Origin: an uncultured Gammaproteobacteria bacterium
Lineage (GTDB): Bacteria; Patescibacteriota; Patescibacteriia; Magasanikbacterales; GWA2-37-8
DNA: 64,000 bases
Assembly: GCA_964596525.1 (NCBI GenBank)
Contig: CAZQUL010000001.1
Location: forward strand, 12,830 to 76,829
Direction of reading: 5' to 3'
Of this stretch, positions 1-9,394 are shown piece by piece. The notes under the pieces were generated by a model. It was not told where the DNA came from. It did not search any database and saw only the letters and a list, made by a program, of their open reading frames with translations. Position 1 is the first letter of the stretch. The number at the start of each line of letters is the position of its first letter. The position numbers and the translations under genes were made by a program.

Positions 1-382
1 GGATGTACTCAACGGCAAGGCAGGCCCCCAAGCTATGTCCCGCATACCCAATGATCGGGTAACGAAACTGCTCCCTAAGCCAAGTCTCGGCCCGCTCAAT
101 GTCGGAGAGACGGTCGGAGAACGAAAACTCCGCGTGGTACACCCGATCTTCGAGCAAGAAGCCCAAATCCAAAACTACCGTAGCAAAAGAATGCATGCCC
201 AGAGCTTGGGCTAACGCTCGGTACTTAAGCTCGGCAGACGAGCGATGATAACCCGGAAGCGCGATAACGACTCCCTGCGGATTGGGAATCGTAAACACGC
301 GCAAACCTATCGAACGCGGCCGGCACGGGCCGGCAGGAATCGAAAAATACGTTCCCTCCTCAGACGACGATGCTCTTTGCAC
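1..382 (-). CDS. Alpha/beta hydrolase, runs off the window edge (not in the ORF track)
   Basis: Manual translation from GTG at 382 (SD GAGGAGG): MQRASSSEEG...GVVIALPGYHRS...PIIGYAGHSLGACLAVEYI. Contains the G-H-S-L-G nucleophile elbow. Confidence 0.75.
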   Translation of the reverse strand, partial: MQRASSSEEGTYFSIPAGPCRPRSIGLRVFTIPNPQGVVIALPGYHRSSAELKYRALAQALGMHSFATVVLDLGFLLEDRVYHAEFSFSDRLSDIERAETWLREQFRYPIIGYAGHSLGACLAVEYI

Positions 383-457
383 GACAGCCTCCTCAAACGA
401 GCTACCTCTTACTTAACGCGTCTTGGAGACTGGTGTCAACAAGCGGACTGTATATGC

Positions 458-874
458 TTAGCCTAGCACTCGTTGATACGCTTGCTGTATTCCTTCGCGC
501 ACATGGCCTGGAGCGATGAAAGTAGGGTCGGTCTGGTAATTATGGCCATACAACTTGTCTTCAAATATCATATCCTGAAAAACGCGATGGTCGGCATACC
601 GCGGAACAAAATGCGCGTGCAGGTGGCGGTTTTCATTGCCCAAAAAACTGTAGTTGAACCAATCGGGTTTGAAAAGTTCGTGTGCAGCGAGACGTAACTC
701 CTTAATGATCGTAAACAATTCAGCTTGCTCTTCGGGCGTAGCATCGGCGAGATCGAGCGCGTCGGTACGCTTGCACCATATTATGCAGCGGCCCAGGTAA
801 CCTTGATTATGATGTACGCTGACGGTCCAGTAAGCGTACTCCTTAACTACATCGCGATAAAAATCGTTGTTCAT
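458..874 (-). CDS. HIT family hydrolase
   Basis: 138 aa with HLHAHFVPR histidine triad and an upstream FNYSFLGN motif. Confidence 0.9.
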   Translation of the reverse strand: MNNDFYRDVVKEYAYWTVSVHHNQGYLGRCIIWCKRTDALDLADATPEEQAELFTIIKELRLAAHELFKPDWFNYSFLGNENRHLHAHFVPRYADHRVFQDMIFEDKLYGHNYQTDPTFIAPGHVREGIQQAYQRVLG

Positions 875-937
875 AGTTTTTGGGAATTAAAAAAATAGCC
901 ATCGCTATTTCTATCAGCTTAGACCTTTTGCATTGGC

Positions 938-962
938 GCGCAAGGGTTTGGAGTGGATAAGA
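938..962 (-). repeat. 25-bp direct repeat copy 1 (DnaA-box-like TTATCCACT plus -35 TTGCGC)
   Basis: gcgcaagggtttggagtggataaga, identical to 2273-2297. Confidence 0.85.
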
Positions 963-995
963 AACAATAAACACCCCAGACTCGAGGCCTGGATA

Positions 996-1364
996 CTACG
1001 GAGCACGTTTGGGTCCGGTGGTGAGATCAAGAAATGGCGGATCGGCTGGATGGACTAAAAGTCCAACATGGCGAAACCAAGCAAGGGCTTCTTCTAAAGA
1101 ACTTACATCTGAATAGAAAGGGACCTGGAGAATGGATCCTGGAACAGTCCCTACACCATCTTCCTCAGGACTCTCGTGATCAATATACAGAATCCCAGCC
1201 TTAACAGAGGACGGTGAAAAACGACCGGCCGCAGACTCTTCGGCAAGGTGGGTAACGCTGCCGTGAAAGAAGCTCGCTTGTTCAGCGTCTTTCCAGCCAT
1301 CAAAAACAAGGCGAGCAACGCGGAACGGATCGGAGGGGTCAATAGGAGGATAAAAAACCGGCAT
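996..1364 (-). CDS. Hypothetical protein
   Basis: 122 aa ORF filling the gap; SD-less ttgtATG start like the core genes. Confidence 0.6.
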   Translation of the reverse strand: MPVFYPPIDPSDPFRVARLVFDGWKDAEQASFFHGSVTHLAEESAAGRFSPSSVKAGILYIDHESPEEDGVGTVPGSILQVPFYSDVSSLEEALAWFRHVGLLVHPADPPFLDLTTGPKRAP

Positions 1365-1428
1365 ACAAAGAAAGATAATTTCATTCTAAATAAAAGCTCC
1401 TTCCGAAGCAAGGAAGGAGCAAAGCCCT

Positions 1429-2178
1429 TTAGGCGAAAACCAGGATGGCGTAACAGGCGGCGGTCAAGACAGTGGCGATAGTTGCGGCAGTAGAAACATC
1501 GATCCGCAACCCCCGTAAAAAATCGACGAGCTCCCGATAGATCTTGTTCTGATCTTCAGGATCGCACGAGCACTTGTTAACGAGGTTACGCACGCTCTCG
1601 TAGAGGCCGATACACAACTGTGTTCCCTGTCTCCAGAAAGCGATGTGCAGATCAAAATACTGGATCTTTTGGTACCTATCGTTGCAACGAAAAGCGTACT
1701 TAAGGGCATTTCGCTTGACGCAGCCCGATACATACCCCCAATCCCAGCCACCGGTGATGACAAAATTGCCACCGTCGTATCGGAGCGCAGACTGACGCTG
1801 AAAGACTACATCAGCCGTCTTTTCTCCTCCCGAAGATTGGTTGGTCATACTCCCGACCAGGACGTAGGTAGCAACGGTTCCAAGCTCAAACCGCACCTCA
1901 AGTCCCGCCGCTTGAGCGGCCTTAATACGCTCAGGCACTTGAGAAAGAAAGACTGCCGTATCGGTATAGATCGTACCATCGGGTAAGGTGGCGGTAAAAC
2001 CACCCTCCGGGGTCGTGTCAGCTTGGATTACATACCAACCAGGGCCTACAACTTCGCCACCACATCCCTTTAAAAGCGTGGCGGCGAAAAGACCTGCCGC
2101 TGTGCCAACGCCTGTCGCCAGAAAAGTTCGACGACTCGACGTGCGCATACCCGACCGACCAACCGACGTTTTATTCAT
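1429..2178 (-). CDS. Hypothetical exported protein with twin-arginine signal, lipobox-like Cys and C-terminal hydrophobic helix
   Basis: SRRTFL...AATLLKGC at the N-terminus; hydrophobic tail AATIATVLTAACYAILVFA; SD GAGGAG. Confidence 0.75.
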   Translation of the reverse strand: MNKTSVGRSGMRTSSRRTFLATGVGTAAGLFAATLLKGCGGEVVGPGWYVIQADTTPEGGFTATLPDGTIYTDTAVFLSQVPERIKAAQAAGLEVRFELGTVATYVLVGSMTNQSSGGEKTADVVFQRQSALRYDGGNFVITGGWDWGYVSGCVKRNALKYAFRCNDRYQKIQYFDLHIAFWRQGTQLCIGLYESVRNLVNKCSCDPEDQNKIYRELVDFLRGLRIDVSTAATIATVLTAACYAILVFA

Positions 2179-2272
2179 GGCCTGCTCCTCACGTAGTTTC
2201 CTGTAACAAAAAGCGCCTCACCCGAGACGCTTCTGTGCACAGTTGAAACCAATTTAGCAACTAAAAATACGA

Positions 2273-2297
2273 GCGCAAGGGTTTGGAGTGGATAAGA
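2273..2297 (-). repeat. 25-bp direct repeat copy 2
   Basis: Identical to 938-962; precedes a -10-like TAAATT on the minus strand. Confidence 0.85.
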
Positions 2298-2367
2298 TTG
2301 AAAGGCTAGAATCAAAAAAAACCTGCCACACGTTTCTAGACGTTAGGCAGGCCGATTCACGGACGAG

Positions 2368-3516
2368 TTACTTAAGAGGCGGAATGACGACGATCCCGTT
2401 CGCACGTAGGGCATTGGGACCGAGAACGACACGGGTCTTGATGGTGAGCTTAGGCGCTGCCGCCTCATAAAGGACGATGGAGGCAGCGAGCGGCTCGCGC
2501 ACCAAAGCGGCCACATACGTATCGATCGCGACGATCTCAGAAGGGCCGGCTTCAAATGTATCGAACGTGGCGGCTTTCGGATCATCGATCACCACGTTCA
2601 TACCGCGCAGATGAAGGGCAGTAATACTCTTTCCATCGCTGTTGGCACTCCAACACGCACCCGTCCAGCACGAGATGGTACGCGGCAGCGCTTCGGGAGA
2701 CGTCATGTCGGTGAGTACGTTACTGCTGAGTGCAAGGTACTGATTGGAGCGCGCCAGCGTGACCACAGCTTGGTCGCTCGTCACGCCGATACCGAACGGC
2801 ATCTTGTACGTACCGGCGGGCAGCGGCATGAGCGTGCTTACGCTCCCGGTTACAACCGCGCCGTTCACGAGGGATACCGATTCAACCGTGCCGCCCATGC
2901 CGATATCATCGCCTTTATTGGTTACGAGGAGGCGCCCGGGCGGGACGTAAGCTACCTGGGCCGGATTGGTTCCCTGCAGCGCAACCGTCCCCTCGGGAAC
3001 GGCTTCGACCATATCGCCGAAGCGTGCATACGACGCCACATGGCTCACGGTAAGAACGTAAAGATGCCGATCATCGGCGGAGAACGTCGCGCTCACCGGC
3101 GTGTCGGCGGTCTTGATGAGGTCGACATAGACGGGCTGGCGCGCACGAGCAAGACTGTAAATACCAACAGCACTGCTCCGAGCGTTTACGACCGCCAAAA
3201 GGCGACGATCGGTCGAGAGCGCCAAACCACCGGCATTCCCGCTCACACCACCCTTAAACGGCGTAGGCGTCTCGGTGATAAACCGCCCCAAGCCATCGTA
3301 GGTAACGAGACGATTGTATTCTACATCGTTCGTCATTGTTACGAGGAGGGGCTGATCCGAAACCGGCAGAACTGGTGACACCGACGGAGGCTGAACCGTC
3401 ACCATTCCGAAATCCGTTCGCTCTGGCGTCAACGCACCAGGCGGGGTATCAGCACACCCCGAGAGTAAAGCGCACGAAAGAAGTGAACACGTAAACAACC
3501 AACGCAATTCCATCAT
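2368..3516 (-). CDS. Beta-propeller (lactonase/YncE-like) lipoprotein
   Basis: Lipobox LLSGC; blade motifs LALSTDRRLLAVVN and ATFSADDRHLYVL. Start moved to MMELRW (SD GAGGT). Confidence 0.75.
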   Translation of the reverse strand: MMELRWLFTCSLLSCALLSGCADTPPGALTPERTDFGMVTVQPPSVSPVLPVSDQPLLVTMTNDVEYNRLVTYDGLGRFITETPTPFKGGVSGNAGGLALSTDRRLLAVVNARSSAVGIYSLARARQPVYVDLIKTADTPVSATFSADDRHLYVLTVSHVASYARFGDMVEAVPEGTVALQGTNPAQVAYVPPGRLLVTNKGDDIGMGGTVESVSLVNGAVVTGSVSTLMPLPAGTYKMPFGIGVTSDQAVVTLARSNQYLALSSNVLTDMTSPEALPRTISCWTGACWSANSDGKSITALHLRGMNVVIDDPKAATFDTFEAGPSEIVAIDTYVAALVREPLAASIVLYEAAAPKLTIKTRVVLGPNALRANGIVVIPPLK

Positions 3517-3681
3517 TACAGCACCTCGCTCATCATACGGGTTGGACGCGTTTTGACCTGAATACATACTGCACAGGCCGCCTGCCATGGAGCAGACCGT
3601 ACGGGAGTGTACGGAACAATCAAAAAAATGTAAAGATGGCTGCCGCCGTTACCATGCGGCCATCACACATTTTGCAAAAAA

Positions 3682-4281
3682 CTACTTTAAGAGACGGCGA
3701 TATCTTTCTTGTTTGGCGGCCAAGTATTTTTGATTCTGATTGTTCGAAGAAATAAGAAGCGGCACTGTTTTCACTATACTAACTCCACTCGCTGTGATAG
3801 CCAGGACTTTCTCGGAATTATTACTTAACAAACAAATCTCACTGATACGCAAATCGTTCAATACCGTCTTAACCATTTCATACGTGCGTTCGTCAGGCTT
3901 GTGGCCGAGCTTGATATTCGCCTCAAACGTGTCCAGACCTTTACGCTGCAGGGCATAGCTCCTTATTTTATCGTAGAGCCCAACTCCCCGCCCTTCTTGG
4001 CGCAGGTAGATAAGCACACCACCCTCATGCGCGATCTGCTTGAGCGAGAGGTGGAGCTGCTCGCCGCAATCGCAGTGACGGCTACCAAACACATCACCCG
4101 TGAGACATTCACTGTGCACACGCGTTAAAACAGGGTGAGATGGGTCAAGACTAGCTGTATAGAGAACCACCGTCTCCTTGCCTTGGCGAGCGCGGTAAAC
4201 GCGAATGGTAAACTCTCCGTAGTTCGTTACCAGAGTAGTTTCGGTGAAACGGGGACGAAAAAGAGCGGAAAGGATTTTCAT
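3682..4281 (-). CDS. ribA: GTP cyclohydrolase II
   Basis: RVHSECLTGDVFGSRHCDCGEQL and YLRQEGRGVGL motifs. Start reset to ATG 4281 because the longer ORF overlaps tRNA-Leu. Confidence 0.95.
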   Translation of the reverse strand: MKILSALFRPRFTETTLVTNYGEFTIRVYRARQGKETVVLYTASLDPSHPVLTRVHSECLTGDVFGSRHCDCGEQLHLSLKQIAHEGGVLIYLRQEGRGVGLYDKIRSYALQRKGLDTFEANIKLGHKPDERTYEMVKTVLNDLRISEICLLSNNSEKVLAITASGVSIVKTVPLLISSNNQNQKYLAAKQERYRRLLK

Positions 4282-4293
4282 ATAAAATACGTG

Positions 4294-4375
4294 TGCCGAC
4301 GGAGAGACTCGAACTCTCACGCCTTACGGCACCTGCTCCTAAGGCAGGCGTGTATACCAATTTCACCACGTCGGC
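4294..4375 (-). tRNA. tRNA-Leu(TAG)
   Basis: GCCGACG acceptor stem, anticodon arm CCTGC-CTTAGGA-GCAGG, long variable arm, GTTCGAG T-loop; no encoded CCA. Confidence 0.95.
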
Positions 4376-4475
4376 AAACTACAATCTTTACGGGTAGATC
4401 ATACGGGAAGCGAATATTTTTTTCAATACCTCGGCGTTTAAAAGTAGAAAACCTCCCAGGTAAGAGGAGGTTGTG

Positions 4476-4715
4476 TTATGCGGTGGGAGGGAGATGGGAG
4501 AGCTCGGCATTAAGCCGGGCGGCCAGCTCTTCATACTGTTTCATCTAACGGCGGAAGCGGTCAGCTTCATGGTCGTAGTGCGCGGCACGCTTCTGTATTA
4601 ATTCGGCCAGAAGGGGCCCAAAAAACTCATCGACGTTTACTACTTCAGCGACTACGTCTGCAGCGGCGCAGATAACTGCCTTGAACTCCCTCTTGCCGAA
4701 GAGCCAATGCAGCAT
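4476..4715 (-). pseudogene. Small ORF interrupted by an in-frame TAG
   Basis: MLHWLFGKREFK...HEADRFRR*MKQYEELAARLNAELSHLPPTA*; TAG at 4545-4547; directly downstream of the HAD gene. Confidence 0.5.
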
Positions 4716-4730
4716 GGGAAACAGACCCTC

Positions 4731-5435
4731 TTAGCAGAAAAACTTCTCTGCGTAGTAGGTCACCGCCTCCCAGCTCTCGCACGTGATGAGGCGAGGATGA
4801 TTCGGGAGTTCGGTGTCGGTTCCGGTGAGATCCCTTCCAAAGAGGAAGATGTAGCCGGCGTATCCAAGCTTGAGAAGCTCCTGGGGAAGCGAACGGCTGT
4901 TGTCGACGATGGCGAGGAGCGGGCGCTCCCTTTTCATAATCTCCGGCGCCTTCCAGGCACTGCCCGCACTCTTCGCATCGAGCGAGCGCATGGTGAGGCT
5001 CGCCCAGGGAAGTCCGCTCTCAGTGAGTGAGCGCTCGGTGCCCGGGCGGATCGTCTCCGGACGGTCGGTGATGTAGGGCGTCTCAAAGCCGAGCTTGACG
5101 AGCTTTTCTACACCCTCGCGAGCACCGTTGACGAGCGGGATACGCAGCTGCATCTCGTTCGAGGTGGCCATATACTTGACGCGCTCCTTGATGAGTGCGA
5201 ACACCTCCGGCGAAACGTGCGGCTTCCAGTATGCCGCAAGCCGCCCGATGAACTGCCAGGCAATCTCCTCGACGGTCATACCGAACGGGTTTCCAAACTC
5301 CGCGACGAGCTGTTGCGCAAAAAACACGTGCGTGGTGTGGGTCGTATCATCGATATCGATCGCGACCTCATTCACCCCATCACCATCCTGAGCTTCATTC
5401 TGGACACCGGACTCGTGAATACCATTAGTACTCAT
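4731..5435 (-). CDS. HAD-superfamily 5'(3')-nucleotidase-like protein
   Basis: Motif I AIDIDDT, motif II YITDR, motif IV IVDNS, C-terminal SWE; start MSTNG with SD GGAGGT. Confidence 0.8.
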   Translation of the reverse strand: MSTNGIHESGVQNEAQDGDGVNEVAIDIDDTTHTTHVFFAQQLVAEFGNPFGMTVEEIAWQFIGRLAAYWKPHVSPEVFALIKERVKYMATSNEMQLRIPLVNGAREGVEKLVKLGFETPYITDRPETIRPGTERSLTESGLPWASLTMRSLDAKSAGSAWKAPEIMKRERPLLAIVDNSRSLPQELLKLGYAGYIFLFGRDLTGTDTELPNHPRLITCESWEAVTYYAEKFFC

Positions 5436-5581
5436 GGCGTTACACCTCCGTTTTTCGGGTTTTAGGGAACAGGCGAGCATACCAGAAGCAGACGATAAGG
5501 TCAACGCAGATTGTTGACAAAAGAAAATTCCATGCTATAGTTGGCCCACTCCAGATACTGGAGAATGCGAAGGAGGTAGTC

Positions 5582-6346
5582 ATGTACCGCTCTCAACATG
5601 GTCGCCCGCTCCCCTATATCGGTATCACCGGCCTTTCGAGCCACACGGAAACCCGCGCCGTACTCGACGGCATCAATACTCCGCCAGGCCGTCTTACCAT
5701 GATTGGCGTTCTCAATAGCCAGAACAAGAACGAGGGCAAACCGCCCAAGTTCCCAGCCCGCTATCCAGAACTCAGCGCGATCAAGGAGATTTTCACGGAT
5801 GATAGCGATGTGCTGAACCTCATCCATTACGCCACAAGGGATCAGGCAACGCTCGCCGAACAGCTCTCCCATCTCATTCGCATTGGCGGTGCCAATCTGC
5901 ACGGGCTCCAGCTCAACATGGCCTGGCCTAAACCCTCGTCGCTCGAGGCAGCCAGCCGCTCTCTGGAGCGGATCGTGCTCCAGATCGGTTATCGAGCCCT
6001 CGAAACGGGCGGGCAACCCGACCAGGTGAGTGCGCGCCTCAAAGAGTACCAGGGTTTTATCACCGACATCTTGTTTGATATGAGCGGGGGCAAAGGCATT
6101 CCGCTCAACCCGTCGCTCGCGCGGCCATACCTCGAGCGCATCAGCGCCGATCATCCCGCACTCGGCATCGGGATCGCTGGCGGGCTTTCCGCCACCACTC
6201 TCCATCTGGCAGAGCCGATCATCAAGGATTTCCAGTTCATCTCGGTCGACATCGAAGGACGGGTACGTGAAGAAGGAACAGACCGCCTCATCATCGAGGA
6301 GGCGCGTAAGTACCGCCAGGGCATGAACGCACTCCTCAACCGCTAA
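5582..6346 (+). CDS. TrpF (PRAI)-like TIM-barrel protein
   Basis: IGITG, GLQLN, ILFDMSGGKG, GIAGGLS and VDIEGRVR motifs; own TTGACA(5514)/TATAGT(5536) promoter and AAGGAGGT SD. Confidence 0.75.
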   Translation: MYRSQHGRPLPYIGITGLSSHTETRAVLDGINTPPGRLTMIGVLNSQNKNEGKPPKFPARYPELSAIKEIFTDDSDVLNLIHYATRDQATLAEQLSHLIRIGGANLHGLQLNMAWPKPSSLEAASRSLERIVLQIGYRALETGGQPDQVSARLKEYQGFITDILFDMSGGKGIPLNPSLARPYLERISADHPALGIGIAGGLSATTLHLAEPIIKDFQFISVDIEGRVREEGTDRLIIEEARKYRQGMNALLNR

Positions 6347-6362
6347 GCTCTTTTCCACCTCG

Positions 6363-6381
6363 GCCCTTACGGGCTTTTTTT
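6363..6381 (+). terminator. Rho-independent terminator
   Basis: gccc-ttac-gggc hairpin followed by a T-run. Confidence 0.65.
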
Positions 6382-6452
6382 GATACGTATTTATAAAAAC
6401 CCTTCATACACAAAGCTGAAGGGTTTGACGTGAGGGGTTCGACAGGTCAATA

Positions 6453-6872
6453 CTACTTCTTCTCGCCAGCGAGCTGCTTTTCGATCTCTTCAAGGCGGAG
6501 GGATCGGAATCCCATCATCCAACCTTCGAACGCGCCGGAGAAGACGACCACGAAGGAATTGGGAGGCAAGTGTTTGACCGGTTCGATAAACGCTGCCTGA
6601 TGCCCAGCATGATGTAACTGCTCGACGAGCGTTTGGGCAGTAACGAGCGGGTCAGCAACCGGAACCGTCAGGGCCGTACTCGGAAGGTTCAGCCCGCCGC
6701 TTCGGTCCAATCGGTTAACAACAGTTCCGTCCTCAAAAACGATCTGGTGCGAAGGTCCCGAGGAAAAACGACGGATCTCCTTGAGGCCGGTTGCCACGAG
6801 CGTCTCCGCGATAATACTCTGAACCGAAGCGTCGGGAACACCGAAAACGCGATGGCCGTGAGGGATCGGCAT
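6453..6872 (-). CDS. Hypothetical protein
   Basis: Start reset to MPIPHG at 6872 behind SD AAAAGGAG. Confidence 0.65.
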   Translation of the reverse strand: MPIPHGHRVFGVPDASVQSIIAETLVATGLKEIRRFSSGPSHQIVFEDGTVVNRLDRSGGLNLPSTALTVPVADPLVTAQTLVEQLHHAGHQAAFIEPVKHLPPNSFVVVFSGAFEGWMMGFRSLRLEEIEKQLAGEKK

Positions 6873-7033
6873 GACAGACTCCTTTTGTGCCAGAGGTTGC
6901 ATCAGCGATTTTTTTGTACCAAACACCGAGAAGTTCTGTCAAAAATTCTGCATGTCAGCATTTTCCGTAATCTCTTTTACCCTCCCCTAAGACAGTTATC
7001 TGTGTTAGGCTACCCCCATCTTTAACCTTCATT

Positions 7034-9238
7034 ATGCGCACGCCTTGTATAGCCAGCAGTTTCATTCTTACACTTATAGCCGCCATCGGTTTCGCATCTA
7101 GTGCCGAAGCTAAAACGATTCTCACCGATGTACCGCGCGCCAGCTGGGCCCGCTACGGCATCAACCCGTGGAAGCTCGATACGGACAACGACGGCATAAA
7201 AGACAGCGAGGAAATTGCCGCCAAACAGTGCCCGACGAACGCCGACCCCACCTCTCTCACCGACAAAAACTGCAAGCGCGGCACGTTTAACCTCAAAACT
7301 GAGACATACACGGCTCCAGCGGGCGCTAATTTCCTTAAGGCGCGCGAAATTAAAAAATTCCGCTCATGCACGGAACTCACCGCTGCGTTTAAAACCGCAC
7401 AGCTCGAAGGGCAGCGTGATTACTATATGCCAGAAGCGTTCGGCATAAGCCAAACCATCCTTACGTCTGCCGCCCGTGAAGCAGTAAACATTTCCGCTCC
7501 CGCAGCAGCCGGTCTCCCTGCAGCGCCACCGATTTTTTCTACTACCAACATCCAAGTGCAAGGCGTTGACGAAGGCGATATCGTGAAAACCGATGGTAAA
7601 ACCATTTACTACCTCAAAGGGGGCAGCGCCATCTACATTACCTCGGCCGACCCGAATAAAACCGAGCCGCTCGGCGTGATTCCCATCAGCACTATCATGC
7701 AGGCGCAAGAAATGTACCTCGCGGACAACAAACTGGTCGTCGTTGGACGCGCTCATTACGGTTTAGTGCAGAGCGAAACATACACCCTCAAAAACGCTCT
7801 GGGGCTTGTAGCGAGTTCGCCTGTTTTTATGGGGAGCAATCGCACCATCGCCGCTATCTTTGATGTAAGCAATCCAGAACGCACAAGCGTGCCGCGCGTC
7901 GTTGAGATCACGGGTAATCTGCGCACATCACGCCTCACCAACGGGTATTTATATCTGATCCTCAACCAGTCCATTCCCTACTACCTCTCCCCTTCAGCCG
8001 CCACCGACGCATTGCCGCAGATGCGCAACTTCAATAACATCGCTTCCATTACCACGGTTGCAGACAGTCAGTCAGCTCCCGGTTTCAAACCACTCGCTAA
8101 CTGCACGAACGTAGAATATCTCTACCCTAACCGCGGTACCGGCTACGTAGAAATTGTCGCCATTCCGGTAAATGATGCAAAAGCAGCGATCGGCAGCAAG
8201 GTCATCTGGGGCGTCGGTTCAGCCGATGAAATCTATGTTTCGCCAACGAACCTCTACATCGCCTCCCCCAATTATCAGTATCGCTTCTGGCGCGGTACGG
8301 TAGAGAGAAGTGAGCTTTATAAATTCTCGCTCAACAAAAACACCATCAAATTCGTCGCTGCCCAAACCGTACCAGGACATGTGCTCAACCAGTTCTCAAT
8401 GGACGAACAGAGCGGACTTTTACGCCTTGTCACCACTGAACGCGAACGCACGCGCACCGGTGATTTCGTCAATCATCTCTTCGTTTTGAACGATGATTTA
8501 AGCAACCTCGGCAGCGTTGATCGTTTTGCCCCGACGGAGCGCATCTATTCAGCCCGTTTCATGGGTGATCGTGCCTACGTTGTCACGTTCCGCACGGTGG
8601 ATCCCTTCATCGTATTCGACCTTAAAGATCCGCGTTCACCGCAATACATCGGCGAACTCAAGATTCCGGGCTTCTCCACGTACCTACACCCATACGATGC
8701 CACGCACATCATCGGCATTGGCCGCAACACCGGTGCCGATGAAAACGGCACGGTCTGGACCGAAGGCATCAAACTCGGCCTCTTCGACGTGACGAATCCG
8801 AATATTCCGACCCAGATGTTCTCCACCACCATCGGGGACCGCGGCACGGATTCTATCGCGCTCGACGACCACCATGCTTTCCTTTTCTCGCGCGAGAAAA
8901 ACCTCCTCGCTTTCCCGGTGCGCATCCACACGTTCACGGACGAACAAAAAAATTCCACCACTACCCGGCCATGGGAATACGGTTCGCAGACCTTCCAAGG
9001 ACTTCTTGCATACCGACTCGATCTTATGAACGGCTTTAGGGAAATCGGCCGCGTGACGCACCATTCCACGACCACGCCGGATGAAGTCTGCATCTATAGC
9101 GCAGCGCTCTTTGGCTGCGGCAGCGACGAGGTGCGTCGTTCCTTCTACATCAACGATAATCTCTATGTCTTCTCGGATAAGCAGATGACGGTGCATAGCC
9201 TGGGTAATCTGCTCAAACTATCTGAAGTGAAATATTAA
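7034..9238 (+). CDS. Secreted beta-propeller domain protein (Beta_propel type)
   Basis: Signal peptide, STTNIQVQGVDEGDIVKTDG, LNQFSMDE, ERIYSARFMG and GELKIPGFSTYLHP motifs; N-terminal DTDNDG Ca-type repeat. Confidence 0.9.
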   Translation: MRTPCIASSFILTLIAAIGFASSAEAKTILTDVPRASWARYGINPWKLDTDNDGIKDSEEIAAKQCPTNADPTSLTDKNCKRGTFNLKTETYTAPAGANFLKAREIKKFRSCTELTAAFKTAQLEGQRDYYMPEAFGISQTILTSAAREAVNISAPAAAGLPAAPPIFSTTNIQVQGVDEGDIVKTDGKTIYYLKGGSAIYITSADPNKTEPLGVIPISTIMQAQEMYLADNKLVVVGRAHYGLVQSETYTLKNALGLVASSPVFMGSNRTIAAIFDVSNPERTSVPRVVEITGNLRTSRLTNGYLYLILNQSIPYYLSPSAATDALPQMRNFNNIASITTVADSQSAPGFKPLANCTNVEYLYPNRGTGYVEIVAIPVNDAKAAIGSKVIWGVGSADEIYVSPTNLYIASPNYQYRFWRGTVERSELYKFSLNKNTIKFVAAQTVPGHVLNQFSMDEQSGLLRLVTTERERTRTGDFVNHLFVLNDDLSNLGSVDRFAPTERIYSARFMGDRAYVVTFRTVDPFIVFDLKDPRSPQYIGELKIPGFSTYLHPYDATHIIGIGRNTGADENGTVWTEGIKLGLFDVTNPNIPTQMFSTTIGDRGTDSIALDDHHAFLFSREKNLLAFPVRIHTFTDEQKNSTTTRPWEYGSQTFQGLLAYRLDLMNGFREIGRVTHHSTTTPDEVCIYSAALFGCGSDEVRRSFYINDNLYVFSDKQMTVHSLGNLLKLSEVKY

Positions 9239-9394
9239 ACCAAGACAGCTAAACATAGACAAATACTCTCCGTAATGGAGAGTATTTAATTTACCGCAAC
9301 CTTGACAGAAAACAGTAGTTCAGGCATAATAAGCCGTTCCTGCATTGCTCTGTCTGCACCACAAACGCCTTTACTGCGAGATAGGAGAGCGCTC

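Noticed and set aside
4282-4320. N-terminal extension of RibA in the ORF track
   Set aside because: It overlaps tRNA-Leu; ATG 4281 is the plausible start. Several other track starts were shortened in the same way.
4545-4547. Genome-wide stop-codon recoding
   Set aside because: TAG (pnp, rpsO) and TGA (mutM, the AAA ATPase) end conserved genes normally, and only one in-frame TAG was seen.
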